From positions 12,090,001 to 12,154,000 of the forward strand of contig NC_043006.1 of assembly GCF_006345805.1 (NCBI RefSeq): 64,000 nt of DNA, in the 5' to 3' direction. Of this stretch, positions 1-12,024 are shown one piece after another. Below the pieces are notes generated by a model. It saw nothing but the letters and a program-made list of their open reading frames with translations, had not been told where the DNA came from and did not search any database. The stretch's first letter is position 1, and each line of letters opens with the position of its first letter. The DNA comes from Octopus sinensis (taxonomy: Eukaryota). The position numbers and the translations under genes were made by a program.

Positions 1-39
1 AATACGTAGATTCATTGACGGTAGAAAAAATTTAATACC

Positions 40-454
40 TATTTCTTTACTAGCCACAAGGATCTAAACACAGAGAGGACAAACAAGAACAGACATAGGT
101 ATTAAGTCGATTATATCGACCACAGTGCGTAACTGGTACTTTATTTAATCGAACCCGAAAGGACGAAAGGCCCAGTCGACCTTGGCGGAATTTGAACTCA
201 GAACGTAGCGGCAGACGAAATACCTTTTTCTTTACTACCGACAAGGGTCTAAACACAGAGAGAACAAACAAGGACAGACAAACGGATAAAGTCGATTATA
301 TCGACCCCAGTGCGTAACTGGTACTTAATTTATCGACTCCAAAGGATGAAAGGCAAAGTCAACCTCGGCGGAATTTGAACTCAGAACGTAGCGGCAGACG
401 AAATACCGCAAAGCATTTCGCCCGGCGTCCTAACGATTCTGCCAGCTCGCCGCC
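40..454 (-). mobile_element. tRNA-derived SINE family A, head plus two tandem ~183-bp body units
   Basis: Head ggcggcgagctggcagaatcgttag, B-box-like gagttcaaattcc, central gcctttcatcctttcggggtcgat, tail ...aaagaaata. TSD aatttaatacc at 29-39 and 458-468. Confidence 0.9.
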
Positions 455-1651
455 TTTAATTTAATACCATACTCAACACCTTAAATTATGTCCAAATGAA
501 AATTAAAAAAACCCCGCGATGTGTCAATTACATGACACTCAAACCACAGTTATCTCAATTGTGAAATAACTTTAAGTCTCTATAAAACTCACCACTTCTA
601 AAAAAAAAACTGTCACAAGAGTAGCAATTTTGTCATTCCTGGCTCAAAAATAAGCATGACACAAAACAAGAATAAACGGAATACAAATATATCATGTCAT
701 GGTTCTACAAGTCTGTCTAGACTTGTTCTATATTTACTTGCGTTAGTTATGAAGACTTTTATTGTCGAAAACACCGCCAAGCGATTCCTGTTGTTTTGAT
801 GGTTATACTTTATTGCAATTTTATTCCGAAGAGCATATTTTTAGGTATTCTCTGCTTTATATTGGTTGACACAAATGGCAGTAAATCGTTTCCAAGACAA
901 TGGACTGACAGCAATATTTTCAAAAGTTTGCCACGAAACGTCTTTTACATTTTATATCTTAGACTGTGCCAATCCATATGGTGTTTGACCTAATGAGCTT
1001 ATTCAATAACACATATTTTCAATTACTAAAATTCTATAGAAATGCATCATCTATGAATACATCGAAAACTACAACCGAGACGACAAGTTACAAGTATAAA
1101 AAAAAAATATTCGTCTTATATGATAGTAGTACACGTTCAGAAAGTAATTTTACAGCAATGATAAAATAGTTGTGGGGAAATATATTTATCATGGCACCCA
1201 CCCCATTATTTGCAATTAAATTATTCATGGTCACATTTCGTGAATATTACTGCTGCCATTAATAGTACTCGCCCCAAGTGGTAATAGCAAGTACAATGAT
1301 AACTTCACCATTTGGTAATTGTTGTTTTTTTGTGTTCGGTGCAATTTTAGAGACGACACTGACCTCGGCAAGTTTTAAAAACACACAAAAGGACACGGCA
1401 GTATTATATGTAAATTATATTGCTTGCTATAACATTCAGTCAAAACTTAACTGAATGCTCCAACTTTTTCTTTTTCAAATATCAGATAATAATTTTAGGT
1501 TTTATTCAGTTCCTTTTATGTGCCTATGCAAAAATAGCTACCATTATTGCTTATAAAAAGGTCCCAATAAATTTAATCGCATTTGAACGGTTGGATAAGA
1601 GAGACATGAGTAGATTGAATGGCAGCACGATAACATATTTCTAATCGACAA

Positions 1652-1897
1652 GGCGGCGAGCTGGCAGAAACGTTAGCACGCCGGGTGAAATGCGCAGCCG
1701 TATTTCGTCTGCCGTTACGTTCTGAGTTCAAAATGTCCGTCTTTACTTTCTAAGTTCAAATTCCGTCTAGGTCGATTTTGCCTTTCATCCTTTCGGGGTT
1801 GATAACAAAAAGTCCCGCTTAAGTACTGGGGTTGATGTAATCAACTTATTCCATCCCCAAACTCGCTGGCTTTTTGCTAAAATTTGAAACCAGTATT
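1652..1897 (+). mobile_element. SINE family A, chimeric (young head, old-type body and tail)
   Basis: Consensus-like head, duplicated B-box region, then type-2 tail ending aaatttgaaacc. Confidence 0.85.
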
Positions 1898-2181
1898 TCA
1901 TTGCTATGTTTTAAAAGACATGGAATCCTATATTTCCTCCTATATTAAATAGACACCTCTGAATTACAACTATGTGAAACTTAGTATTTACTTGACTGAT
2001 ACTCAATATCAAAATGTTGTATATGAACGTGTTTTTCATAGAATACTGATTTGATAACTTCTACGAAGTTCTTCTCGAACGGACTTTAATTAACATAAAA
2101 CAATAACTGCTCTCATTTTGTCTCGAAAACTACCGTGTCTCTGAAACGCGAATCGTGTATCTCGTCTAGAAATATATTATT

Positions 2182-2413
2182 CGTTTCTTTATTGCCCACA
2201 AGGGGCTAAGCATAGAGGGGACAAACAAGAACAGACAAACGGATAAAGTCGATTATATCGACCCTAGTGCGTAACTGCTACTTAATCTATCGACCCCGAA
2301 AGGATGAAAGGCAAAGTCGACCTAGACGGAATTTGAACTTAGAAAGTAAAGACGGACATTTTGCCGCTAAGCAATTTGCTTGGCGTGCTAACAATTCCGA
2401 CAGCTCGTCGCCT
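2182..2413 (-). mobile_element. SINE family A, chimeric (old head, young-type tail)
   Basis: Diverged head joined to the tail ...gccccttgtgggcaataaagaaac. Confidence 0.85.
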
Positions 2414-3132
2414 TGTATCTCCATAAAATATTACATATTTCATTGAGATTGTGCAACGCAGAGGAAAGTCGTATGAAGTATTTGCGTGTGAGCGGATGAA
2501 AACAACCTTGCTGGGCATTAATAATTTGATTAACAATTAATTATTTTTATATTAATACTATATTTACAAATTCATTGATTAGCAGAGCTATTTGATGCAA
2601 CTGGCCGTAGATACGAAAGAACAGCAAATATTTCGTGATTAGTAAACATTAGTCTAAATGAAATTGTACGCATGCAGTAGCGATCCAAAAAATAAGCTAC
2701 TATACATTTTTTTTTTGTGCGAGATATAGCAGCGAAATCTTTCTGATGTCACACACTATTAAATAAAAACTTGAGACTACAGAACAATAGTAAAACCACG
2801 AACTATTCACACACACACACACACGCAGGCATTGAGATACTAACAACCTGTGTAGAACTCAATATATACATTGCGCACGTTCATTGTAAACTGAAAATCC
2901 TATTCGATAAGGAATATCTACCAACTCTCATTCATATCTGCTCTCCAGTCTATAATCGGTAGTTCCACTTCGCTCTAGAAGGTGGTGATTCCCTCCAACT
3001 AGAATCTGACTTTAACACTTTTATTCCCATCATCCCTGTAAGTCAGTTCGCTATTTCTACCCTATAGCTTCCTCCAGTAGGTACCATTTTCTGAATTATA
3101 TCTCGTTCTGATTTGATAAGCGTAATATAAAA

Positions 3133-3340
3133 AGGCGGCGAGCTGGCAGAATCATTAGCACGCCGGGCGAAATGCGTAGCCGTATTTCAAATTCCGGCAC
3201 AGGTCCACTTTGCCTTTCATCCTTTCGGGGTCGATAAATTAAGTACCAGTTACGCACTGGGGTCAATGTAATCGACTTAAACCATTTGTCTGTCCTTGTT
3301 TGTCCCCTCTATGTTTAGCCCCTTGTGGGTAATAAAGAAA
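3133..3340 (+). mobile_element. SINE family A monomer with small internal deletion
   Basis: Matches the other copies; gtatttc is joined directly to aaattcc. Confidence 0.85.
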
Positions 3341-4109
3341 CGGTTATATAAAATTATTTCTTTCTAATCTCAACAGCAACAGTAACTTCAATTCGTGTAG
3401 CGCTTGATTGTTGCACTTCTCCCATACCGATGTTCCTCTCCCAGAAGCCAAATTCGTTTCGTTATTCTACCTATCTCCATTAGCCAATATCGCCACTCAT
3501 TATTCATATAACAAACATGGTACGTCAGCTTCATTAACACACCACATATTTAACTGTATTAAAAATAGCATTAAAAAAAAACTCCACTCAATTCATTGCC
3601 AAATATTTATCCGCCAACACACTATAAACCGTTTCCGCCTCCTCCTCCTCCTGTTTCCCTTCATCCTCCTCATCCTCTTCCACCTCCTACCACTTCTATT
3701 GCTAATAAAAAGGCATTTCTTTCCCTGAACTTAGTAGTTGCATGATACCTCCAACCAGTCCCAGCGAACATTATCCTCCTCCTCCTCCTCCTCTACTGGT
3801 CGTCCTGGCCCAGTGTATATAGTTTTTCAATACTTAACCCTACCCAACCCCCAGATAAACTGCTACTCTCTGGAAGCCGCTTATCGGTCAGGTTCTTCTG
3901 CAAACAACGAACTGCATATGCTAAACTGAACATCGACCTCATATCGATCTCACAAATAAGGGCGTGCCCACAAAGGTTAGCGGCACTGACATCTTTGTCT
4001 GATTAACAAAGTTAGACAAACATAGATTAAACTGTTAGCTTATATTAAATCTATAGTACATTACATGTGCATGCAACATACATACATCTGTAGAAAATAA
4101 AAAGTAGGT

Positions 4110-4290
4110 CTCCCTTGGTTTCGACAATGGATATTCTCTTATTCAAGCAACCAAATACTCGCTTATTGAATTGGCTTCAAGTGGTTGAGTATTCCACAGA
4201 TATCTATACTCTTAATGTAACTATCAGGCAGAATCAAATTGATACAATCACAACGTGTGTGATAAGGCACGGTCGTTTAATAACAAGTAA
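4110..4290 (-). mobile_element. Diverged 3' part of a SINE family B relative
   Basis: aagtggttgagtattccacagatatctatactcttaatgta aligns with aagtggctgagcactccacagacacatgtacccttatcgca at ~6195. Confidence 0.55.
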
Positions 4291-4469
4291 TAACGGTTTT
4301 CTTCTCTCCTATTTCACTCAGTTTTGGAGTCTCCCTGGTGCTATTGTAAAAGATTCTGTCCCAGAATGCTACGTACACACTAAAATCGAAACATTTCATA
4401 GTACCTTTTTGTTAAACTGGCGATTTGTGAGTGTACAGAAACACACAAGTAATAATAAATACATGTGTA

Positions 4470-4496
4470 TCTATCCATCCATCCATCCATCCATCC

Positions 4497-4563
<67 letters not shown>

Positions 4564-4572
4564 GATCAATCA

Positions 4573-4606
<34 letters not shown>

Positions 4607-4632
4607 TTATCCATCCATCCATCCATCCACCC
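4470..4632. repeat. (CCAT)n/(CTAT)n compound microsatellite
   Basis: Directly visible. Confidence 0.95.
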
Positions 4633-5436
4633 ATAATGAAAATCATGAGCCACTAGTTAAAAGGAGAAACTCATTTTGCCACCACTTCCAGTATCTCAAG
4701 ACGATCATCCCTAAAATACGTTATGCCAAGATTAAAGAGGGCATATTCTTAGGCCCTCAGATTCGTCAGCTTACAACTGATGAAGAATTGAGGCGTGAAT
4801 GAATGAAACTGAGCTAGCAGCTTGGTATGCATTCAGATATGAATGCAAAGGACTTCTGGGAAAGCACTAAGTGACCTAGCGGGAGAGTATAGCGGAGGGC
4901 CTAATCAAGTGCTACCAAGATCTCAGATGCAATATGTCACTGAAGATACACTTTCTTCATTTTCTTCTGTCCTTCTTCCCAGAGAATGCAGGAGATGTGA
5001 GAGATAAACATGGAGAGAGGTTTCATCAAGATATAGAGTCAATGGAAAACATGTAATAGGAAAAAATCAAGCCCAGCTATGCTGGCTGATTTCTATTGGA
5101 ACCTGAAGCGTGACACGCCTAAGATGTCTTATAAACGAAGTAAATACTAAAATGTAGGTTAATACTTTATATAATGCTAACAAACATGCCGATTCATTGT
5201 ATATTTATGAATTAATTACAGTGGACATATTTAATATGACTTTGGGAGCAAAATAAATTTATGGTATCGTGGAAATTGGTATAAATTGCATAGTTATTAA
5301 GTCAGTAATTTAGAAGAAAATGTGACGTGATGGGAAATATTTGTTATAAAATTAGAATTTAGCACAATCGTCTTTATAATAAAATGTGCATGAGAATAAT
5401 GTCTTTTTCTTGACCCTGAAATTTATTGCACAATGT
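4633..5436 (+). mobile_element. Decayed 3' half of a Chapaev3-like (CMC/Transib-related) DNA transposon
   Basis: Peptides FQYLKTIIPKIRYAKIKEGIFLGPQIRQL, CNMSLKIHFLH..FFPENAGDVRDKHGERFHQDI and MLADFYWNLKR, with stops and frameshifts. Subterminal tgacgtgatggg and end tttattgcacaatg. Family assigned from recalled motifs. Confidence 0.7.
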
Positions 5437-6112
5437 CATCAGTAAAATTATATTTATGATCCTTGAGGGGAGAGAACCAAAAATAATTCGTCATAAACAT
5501 CAGTTAAGTTAGTCCTAAATAGTGATACAACTTGGAACGCGGAATGATGCAATTCTTGAGGATTGATTACGGAATTCTAAAACTAATAAGTTCCATCTTC
5601 TATCTCTCCGAAGGTTGAGGGTTAATCAAGGTAAGGCTAAATTTGTATTTGTTAGTTATATAGATCACTCCGCATGCGTGTTTGGGTCATAAATCAAACT
5701 TTACTGTTAAAATTGCATGTAAGTATGAATGTGTGTGTCTGTATATACGTGTCCATCTTTCTTTTTCTGCACGACGCTCTAAGAAAATATTTCTCCCAGC
5801 GATCACTATTTCCCACCCGTTCTGGTCTAACGACCCTCCATGTTTGTTTTCGTTAGGTTTCCTTGTATGTCTCCAATGTCCTGTTTTTATTCCTAGCTTT
5901 GACCCTCCATAAATCCAAAATTTTATTTTGAAATTCAAGTAGCAACTGTCTTCGGAGACCCATATTGTTGTTGAATGTTCTAAATGAGGAGTAGATAGAC
6001 ACCCGACAATTGATGAAGGGTCGTTCTCTGTGTTACTTGTCCTGTTTAAATTTTTTTTCTTTTCGTTGTTAGCGTATTTAACTTGTTTAGGTTCGTACTT
6101 CATGTTGTTTGG

Positions 6113-6495
6113 TGGAAGCACTCCGTCGGTTACAACGATGAGAGTTCCGGTTGATCCGAATCAACGGAACAGCCTGCTCGTGAAATTAACGTGTAAGTGG
6201 CTGAGCACTCCACAGACACATGTACCCTTATCGCAGTTCTCGGGGATATTCAGCGTGACACAGAGAGTGACGAGGCCGGCCCTTTGAAATACAGGTACAA
6301 CAGAAACAGAAAGTAAGAGTGAGAGAAAGTTGTGGTGAAAGAGTACAGCAGGGATCACCACCATCCCCTGCCGGAGCCTCGTGGAGCTTTAGGTGTTTTC
6401 GCTCAATAAACACTCACGACGCCCGATCTGGGAATCGAAACCGCGATCCTATGACCGCGAGTCCGCTGCCATAACCACTGGGCCATTGCGCCTCC
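6113..6495 (-). mobile_element. tRNA-derived SINE family B, full length
   Basis: Sense head ggaggcgcaatggcccagtggtta (A box) and ggtttcgattccc (B box). 13-bp TSD cttcatgttgttt at 6098-6110 and 6498-6510. Second copy at 36933. Confidence 0.9.
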
Positions 6496-6695
6496 ACCTT
6501 CATGTTGTTTACACAGTTGGTGACATCCTGTATATCCGAAGAAAGGAAACGAGAAACTGATTTGCAACTTTCCCACAGAAGTACATATATATCGAAAGTT
6601 GTCTCTGTATGAAAGTTGTCTCTTATATGAACATTTTTGAAGGGCTGAATAGCAACTCACACCAGTGTGAGCCTATGAACACACACACACACACA

Positions 6696-6740
<45 letters not shown>

Positions 6741-7232
6741 ATTTATATAGTTACACTAAAACATATATGTGTGTGTATATATACATATATGCACATACGC
6801 GCATACGTACACATATATATATATATATATAGTGTGAATGTGCATATGTATGTGTATATATGTATGTATGCATGTATGTATGTGTATATATAGCTTTTAA
6901 TAAAAACGATATTAAATATGATACGCAACGAAGCATTAAAAGAAAAATCCACAACAAACCTGGACACATACAGTGTAGCTCGAGGCAGTATTGCATCACC
7001 GATTACACCAAATTGATTAAATGAGTATATTATTTCACTGATCGATCTTAGATTACTCATTAGATGGGTATAATATTGTATTAATATTGTATTAATATCA
7101 CATTATTAATAATATTAATTGTAATATTCGTATCTAATAATGCCGTGTTAGAATACTAGTACTTAATCTGTTTGCAATCTTATGGAGAATTTGGGAATAT
7201 AGAATGATGGGGTATGTTCCACTATTGGACAT

Positions 7233-7461
7233 TGGTAAGCTGGTAGAAACGTTAGCACGTCGGGCGAAATACTTAGCAGTATTTCGTCTGCCGTTACGTT
7301 GTGAGTTCAAATTGCGCCGAGGTCGACTTTACCTTTCATCCTTTCGGGGTCGATAAATTAAGTACCAGTTACGCACTGGGGTCGATGTAATCGGCTTAAT
7401 AACTATGTCTGTCCTTGTTTGTCCCTTCTATGTTTAGCCCCTTGTAGGTAATAAAGAAATA
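7233..7461 (+). mobile_element. SINE family A monomer
   Basis: High similarity to the other copies; tail followed by GGTA. Confidence 0.85.
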
Positions 7462-7745
7462 GGTAAAAATAACGTAAACTTCTCGGCAGCAAAATGACAG
7501 TTTTGTTAGCGTGAGAGAGAATTTCACGCGCTATATCTTTCGACTCTCTATGCTTTGAGTTCAAATTCCATTGAATTCGACTTCCCTTTCATTCTTTCTG
7601 TCGATAGAAAACGTTATAATTCTGAGGAGTGGATTTCTGGAAGTATTATAGGGCTGACCAAGGAATATTGTGGTATTGTTACCTTTTTCGTGGATAAACA
7701 TCAGAGGTGTGCAAATAGAGAAAACTTGAATGGATGTGCAAGCCT

Positions 7746-8157
7746 TACTCTTTTACCACTTTACTTGTTTCGGTCATTTGACCGCGGCCATGCTGGAGCA
7801 CCGCCTTTAGTCGAGTAAAAATAGTACATATTCTATTGGTAAAAATAGTACATATTCTATCGGTCTCTTTTGCCGAACAGCTAAGTGACGGGGACGTAAA
7901 CACACCAGCATCGGTTGTAAGCGATGTTGGGGGGGGGGGCAAACACGGACACACAAACATATACACACATACACACACATATATTTATACATATACGACG
8001 GGCTTCTTCCAGTTTCCGTCTACCAAATCCACTCACAAGGCTTTGGTCGGCCCGAGGCTATAGTAGAAGACACGTGCCCAAGGTGCCACGCAGTGGGACT
8101 GAATCCATGACCATGTGGTTGGTAAGCAAGCTACGTACCACACAGCCACTCCTGTGC
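7746..8157 (-). mobile_element. tRNA-derived SINE family C (CORE-like), with internal microsatellite
   Basis: Head ggagtggctgtgtggta, CORE-like ccttgggca.gtgtcttctactatagcctc, tail aagtaaa..agagtaa. Internal duplication of gtaaaaatagtacatattctat at ~7815-7860. Confidence 0.85.
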
Positions 8158-8627
8158 TTTGGGTATTAATATGCTGGTGCATTATCAACGTTGACTAATG
8201 GAGGCCATACAAGAAGCCTAGAATACTAGTTTTAGCTTGCAGCATATAACAGTACGAAAGGAAACTTATATAATTTGAGCTACTTTTCATATGGCGGCGA
8301 AAAAAATTACAAATTAACTTTCCGAAAAGAAACTTTCTTTCGAGTGAGATGAGATTTCATCTTTTCCTACCGAAGGTTTCTGCTTTTAATTATCTCTGGA
8401 GTTTTGAAGAGATGTAGATGAAATATAAATTGTATTTGAACAGACTGGAAATTTCAAAAGAAATAAAATAGGAATTAAACGTATCTAAGCTCAACTTAAC
8501 ACTTCAAATCAACCTCCAGTAGTATTGTATAAACAGTCTTGCTGTTGGAAAACAATGAATTTCCCAGCCTGTCTGTATATGCTTTATCTTCCATCTTAAA
8601 TCATCGGTCAGCTAGGTTCAATTTTTA

Positions 8628-8835
8628 ATATTGGTTTCAAATTTTGGTACAAGGCCAGCAACTTCAGAGGAGAAAGTAATTCGATTGCATCGACCCCAGT
8701 GATCAACTGGTACTTATTTTATCAATCACAAAAACATGAAATGCAAGGCCGAAATTTGAACACAGAATGTAACGGCAGACGAAATACCGCTAAGCATTTC
8801 GCCCGACATGTTAACGATTCTGCCAGGTCACTGCC
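8628..8835 (-). mobile_element. SINE family A, older copy with type-2 tail
   Basis: Head and body homology, tail ggccttgtaccaaaatttgaaacc. Confidence 0.75.
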
Positions 8836-9403
8836 CGGGTTCAATGTTTAATATTACTGTCATGCATTCAAACGCACTTACATGCATGAGTACATATATG
8901 TATGTGCGTGTGTGTGTGTGCACAAAAGTGTAAAAGTTTATGATGAAAATTGCGTGAGCGTTGAAAAAAGTGCAGGAAAATAAGTGTCTTTAAAAGTAAA
9001 AAAAATATCCTATTATTCCATTATTCTTTTGTGAATATTGGTGTATTAATCTTCCATTTAGAAGACATACTTTAGGAACAAGAACTTGAAGTCTGCCTGC
9101 AGAGGCCTAAGATTTCTTAGAGTTCATTAAATCTGTTTTCATTTTGAATAACATCAGTAATTTCTACTTTAAACAAAGCTTTCAGCGAAATATTACATGA
9201 AAACTATGGTGTACATGGGTTCTCTTATATGACTGAGTGCCGTCCATTATATTTAAGAAGCCATATATATTTCATTTACAACGCACATAATGTTTGAAAG
9301 GCTAGTGGCAAATTTTCTTTTATAAATAACAAATATACGGATAAAAAAACACATGATGTAATTCCTAAGGTATTCTTATTGTCGAATTTATTATTAACAC
9401 AAT

Positions 9404-10350
9404 AGATTACATCTTTCGAATGATAATTATCCTTAATAATACAATTGTGAATGCAGTTACAAATATAGGAAGAGGTTATTTTATTGTTTTTAGGAAGATA
9501 TCTAGAATTCAAATGGTTAGTATTACATACAACCTTTCTAAAACGCCAATGTCTTACTCCTATCATATTTGTATCTAAAAGATTAGGGTAGCTATGACAT
9601 ACAAAAAATATGAACTATTATGATTAATGTAATCCTGGAAATCCGGAAATTGAAAGTTAAATTCTAGATTATCTTTCGAATGATGATTATCCTTACGCCT
9701 GAGGAAATGCTTAGCGGTATTTCGTCTGCCGTTACGTTCTGAGTTCAAATTCCGCCGAGGTCGACTTTGCCTTTCATCCTTTCGGGGTCGATAAATTAAG
9801 TACCAGTTACGCACTGGGGTCGATGTAATCGACTTAATACCTATGTCTGTCCTTGTTTGTCCCCTCTATGTTTAGCCCCTTGTGGGTAATAAAGAAATAG
9901 GTATTTCGTCTGCCGTTACGTTGTGAGTTCAAATTCCGCCGAGGTCGACTTTGCCTTTCATCCTTTCGGGGTCGATTAAATAAGTACCAGTTACGCACTG
10001 GGGTCTCTATAATCGACTTAATCCGTTTGTCTGTCCTTGTTTGTCCCCTCTATGTTTAGCCCCTTGTGGGTAGTAAAGAAATAGAATAATGTTTATCCTT
10101 AAAAACACAATTGTTAATGAAATTAGAAACATAGCATAAGGTTATATAATTGTCTTTAGAAATATATCTAGAATTTGAATGGTTAGTATTACATACAACC
10201 TTTCTTAAACGCCAGTGTCTTGCCCCTTATCATATCTGTATCAAAGAGATTACGGTAGCTATGACATATCAAAAATATGACGCATTATGATTAACGAGAT
10301 CCTGGATACATGAAATTGAAAGTTAAAAGCCAGATCATAATCTTTCAAAA
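9404..10350. repeat. Old ~262-bp tandem duplication, interrupted by a SINE
   Basis: 9426-9665 aligns with 10093-10335 (e.g. atggttagtattacatacaacctttc in both). Confidence 0.85.
9696..10083 (+). mobile_element. SINE family A dimer with 5'-truncated head
   Basis: Two body units joined at aaagaaata|ggtatttcgtc. TSD-like gaatgatgattatcctta / gaataatgtttatcctta. Confidence 0.9.
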
Positions 10351-11214
10351 ATATTATTTCGACGTACTTTTACTTTTGGGAACATTAGTACAGGTCATGT
10401 GTTGTATCTCTAACGTCACCCCAGTCAAATGTATACTCTTTTATTTGTTTCATTCGTTTTGACTGTGAGATTCTTGTACCTTGGAACTTACTCACAAGGT
10501 ACAAGAATCTTATATGTATACCATTCTGCTTAAATAATGGAACTGAAGATAATATCCCTGCATATCTCAGGTCTATTTTCTTTGCTCCACTTCACTCTCT
10601 ATTTCATATATTATCTAGAATAACTATTGCTTAACCATTTCTTCGTCTTGGATGAAGGGAGCAATAAAATATCCCGGAATCTGCTGTATGTCCTTCTATT
10701 TATAAATGTTCTGAAATCTTTCACAGCCTTGGATTTATATCTCATTCTGTTAATTTTTTTTTATAGACATATGCTGATATATGACCTACGTTGGACTTCT
10801 CATTCGCATAATAACCAACCTGGAGCTTAACTATGGTCTGTCCATAGCACTTACTCAGCATTACATGAAACCTTTAGGTCTTCTTGACACCATTTCCTCT
10901 CATAACCAATATATGTACATTTATATTGTATATATACATATATATATGCTTATATACATGTATATATATATACGTCTATATACATGTATATTTGTATATA
11001 TACATATACATATGTATGTATATGCGCATATATATAAATATATCTGTGTATATATATGCATATATACATGTATATATATATATATATTAATATATAATAT
11101 AAATATATATACATATGAGTGTGTATATGTATACATATAATATATTATATATATATACGTAATATATACATATATAATGTTTTATACATATATATATATA
11201 TGTATTATATATTC

Positions 11215-11247
<33 letters not shown>

Positions 11248-11250
11248 TAT

Positions 11251-11958
11251 TGTCATAAAAAAGGGGTAGAATTAATTAATTGTTAATAAATTCGACCAAG
11301 CCAGTATTCGGTATGTAAAGACCATTTACGGTATATTTGAAGTATTAATTTATAAAATATGGTAAAGTAAAAAAATTCACTTTACCACACACCGAACTTT
11401 TCAGAAATAGCAGCCAAAAATTTGGCTATTTCTTCAACTGCAAATAAATAAAGTCTCCAGACTGCATACTCAGAAAATAACTCACATAGTTATAAGGGAA
11501 ACAATGAAAGATCACATCCATATACGAAACCCGAGGACAGTCGTTTTCTGGATTTGTGGGTAAAACTTTTTCCTTCATCAGCTCAGAGATTTCTTCTGAT
11601 TTAGATTTGAAAATACTAAGAATCAAACATACCCGTCCGATATCTGTAACATCGGACAAACCATGCCAGACACCAGTACTACTAGCGAATCCAAATACGA
11701 ATGAGATCTGTTATTCTCCCTGTCCACCCACGTGAGTCATAGAGCATTACATTTCTACAGAGGTAAAAACTGCAGTTCAAATTCTTGGAGATAAAGCATT
11801 ATATTGTCATCAAAAAAGGGGTAGAATTAATTAATTGTTAATAAATTCGACCAATCAGTATTCGGTATGTAAAGACCCTTTACGGTATATTTGAAGTATT
11901 AATTTATAAAAATATGGTAAAGTAAAAAAATTCACTTTACCACACACCGAACTTTTCA
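11251..11958 (-). mobile_element. Partial-tandem element with ~153-bp direct terminal repeats in (AT)n; possibly non-autonomous Penelope-like
   Basis: 11251-11403 is repeated at ~11805-11958. Flanked by AT microsatellite. Strand is set relative to the related element at 12025. Confidence 0.55.
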
Positions 11959-12024
11959 TACACACATATATATACATACAGATATATATTCATATCAATA
12001 TATATATATATATAAATAAATATA

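Noticed and set aside
40-454. Tandem SINE units as a CRISPR-like array or canonical hammerhead retrozyme
   Set aside because: Eukaryotic context, no unique spacers, and no CUGANGA..GAAA core seen on either strand of the unit.
4777-4790. CTGATGA as a hammerhead core
   Set aside because: It lies in transposase coding sequence, with no convincing stems.
6400-6495. tRNA genes at SINE heads
   Set aside because: The A/B boxes continue into SINE bodies with TSDs. No standalone cloverleaf is supported.
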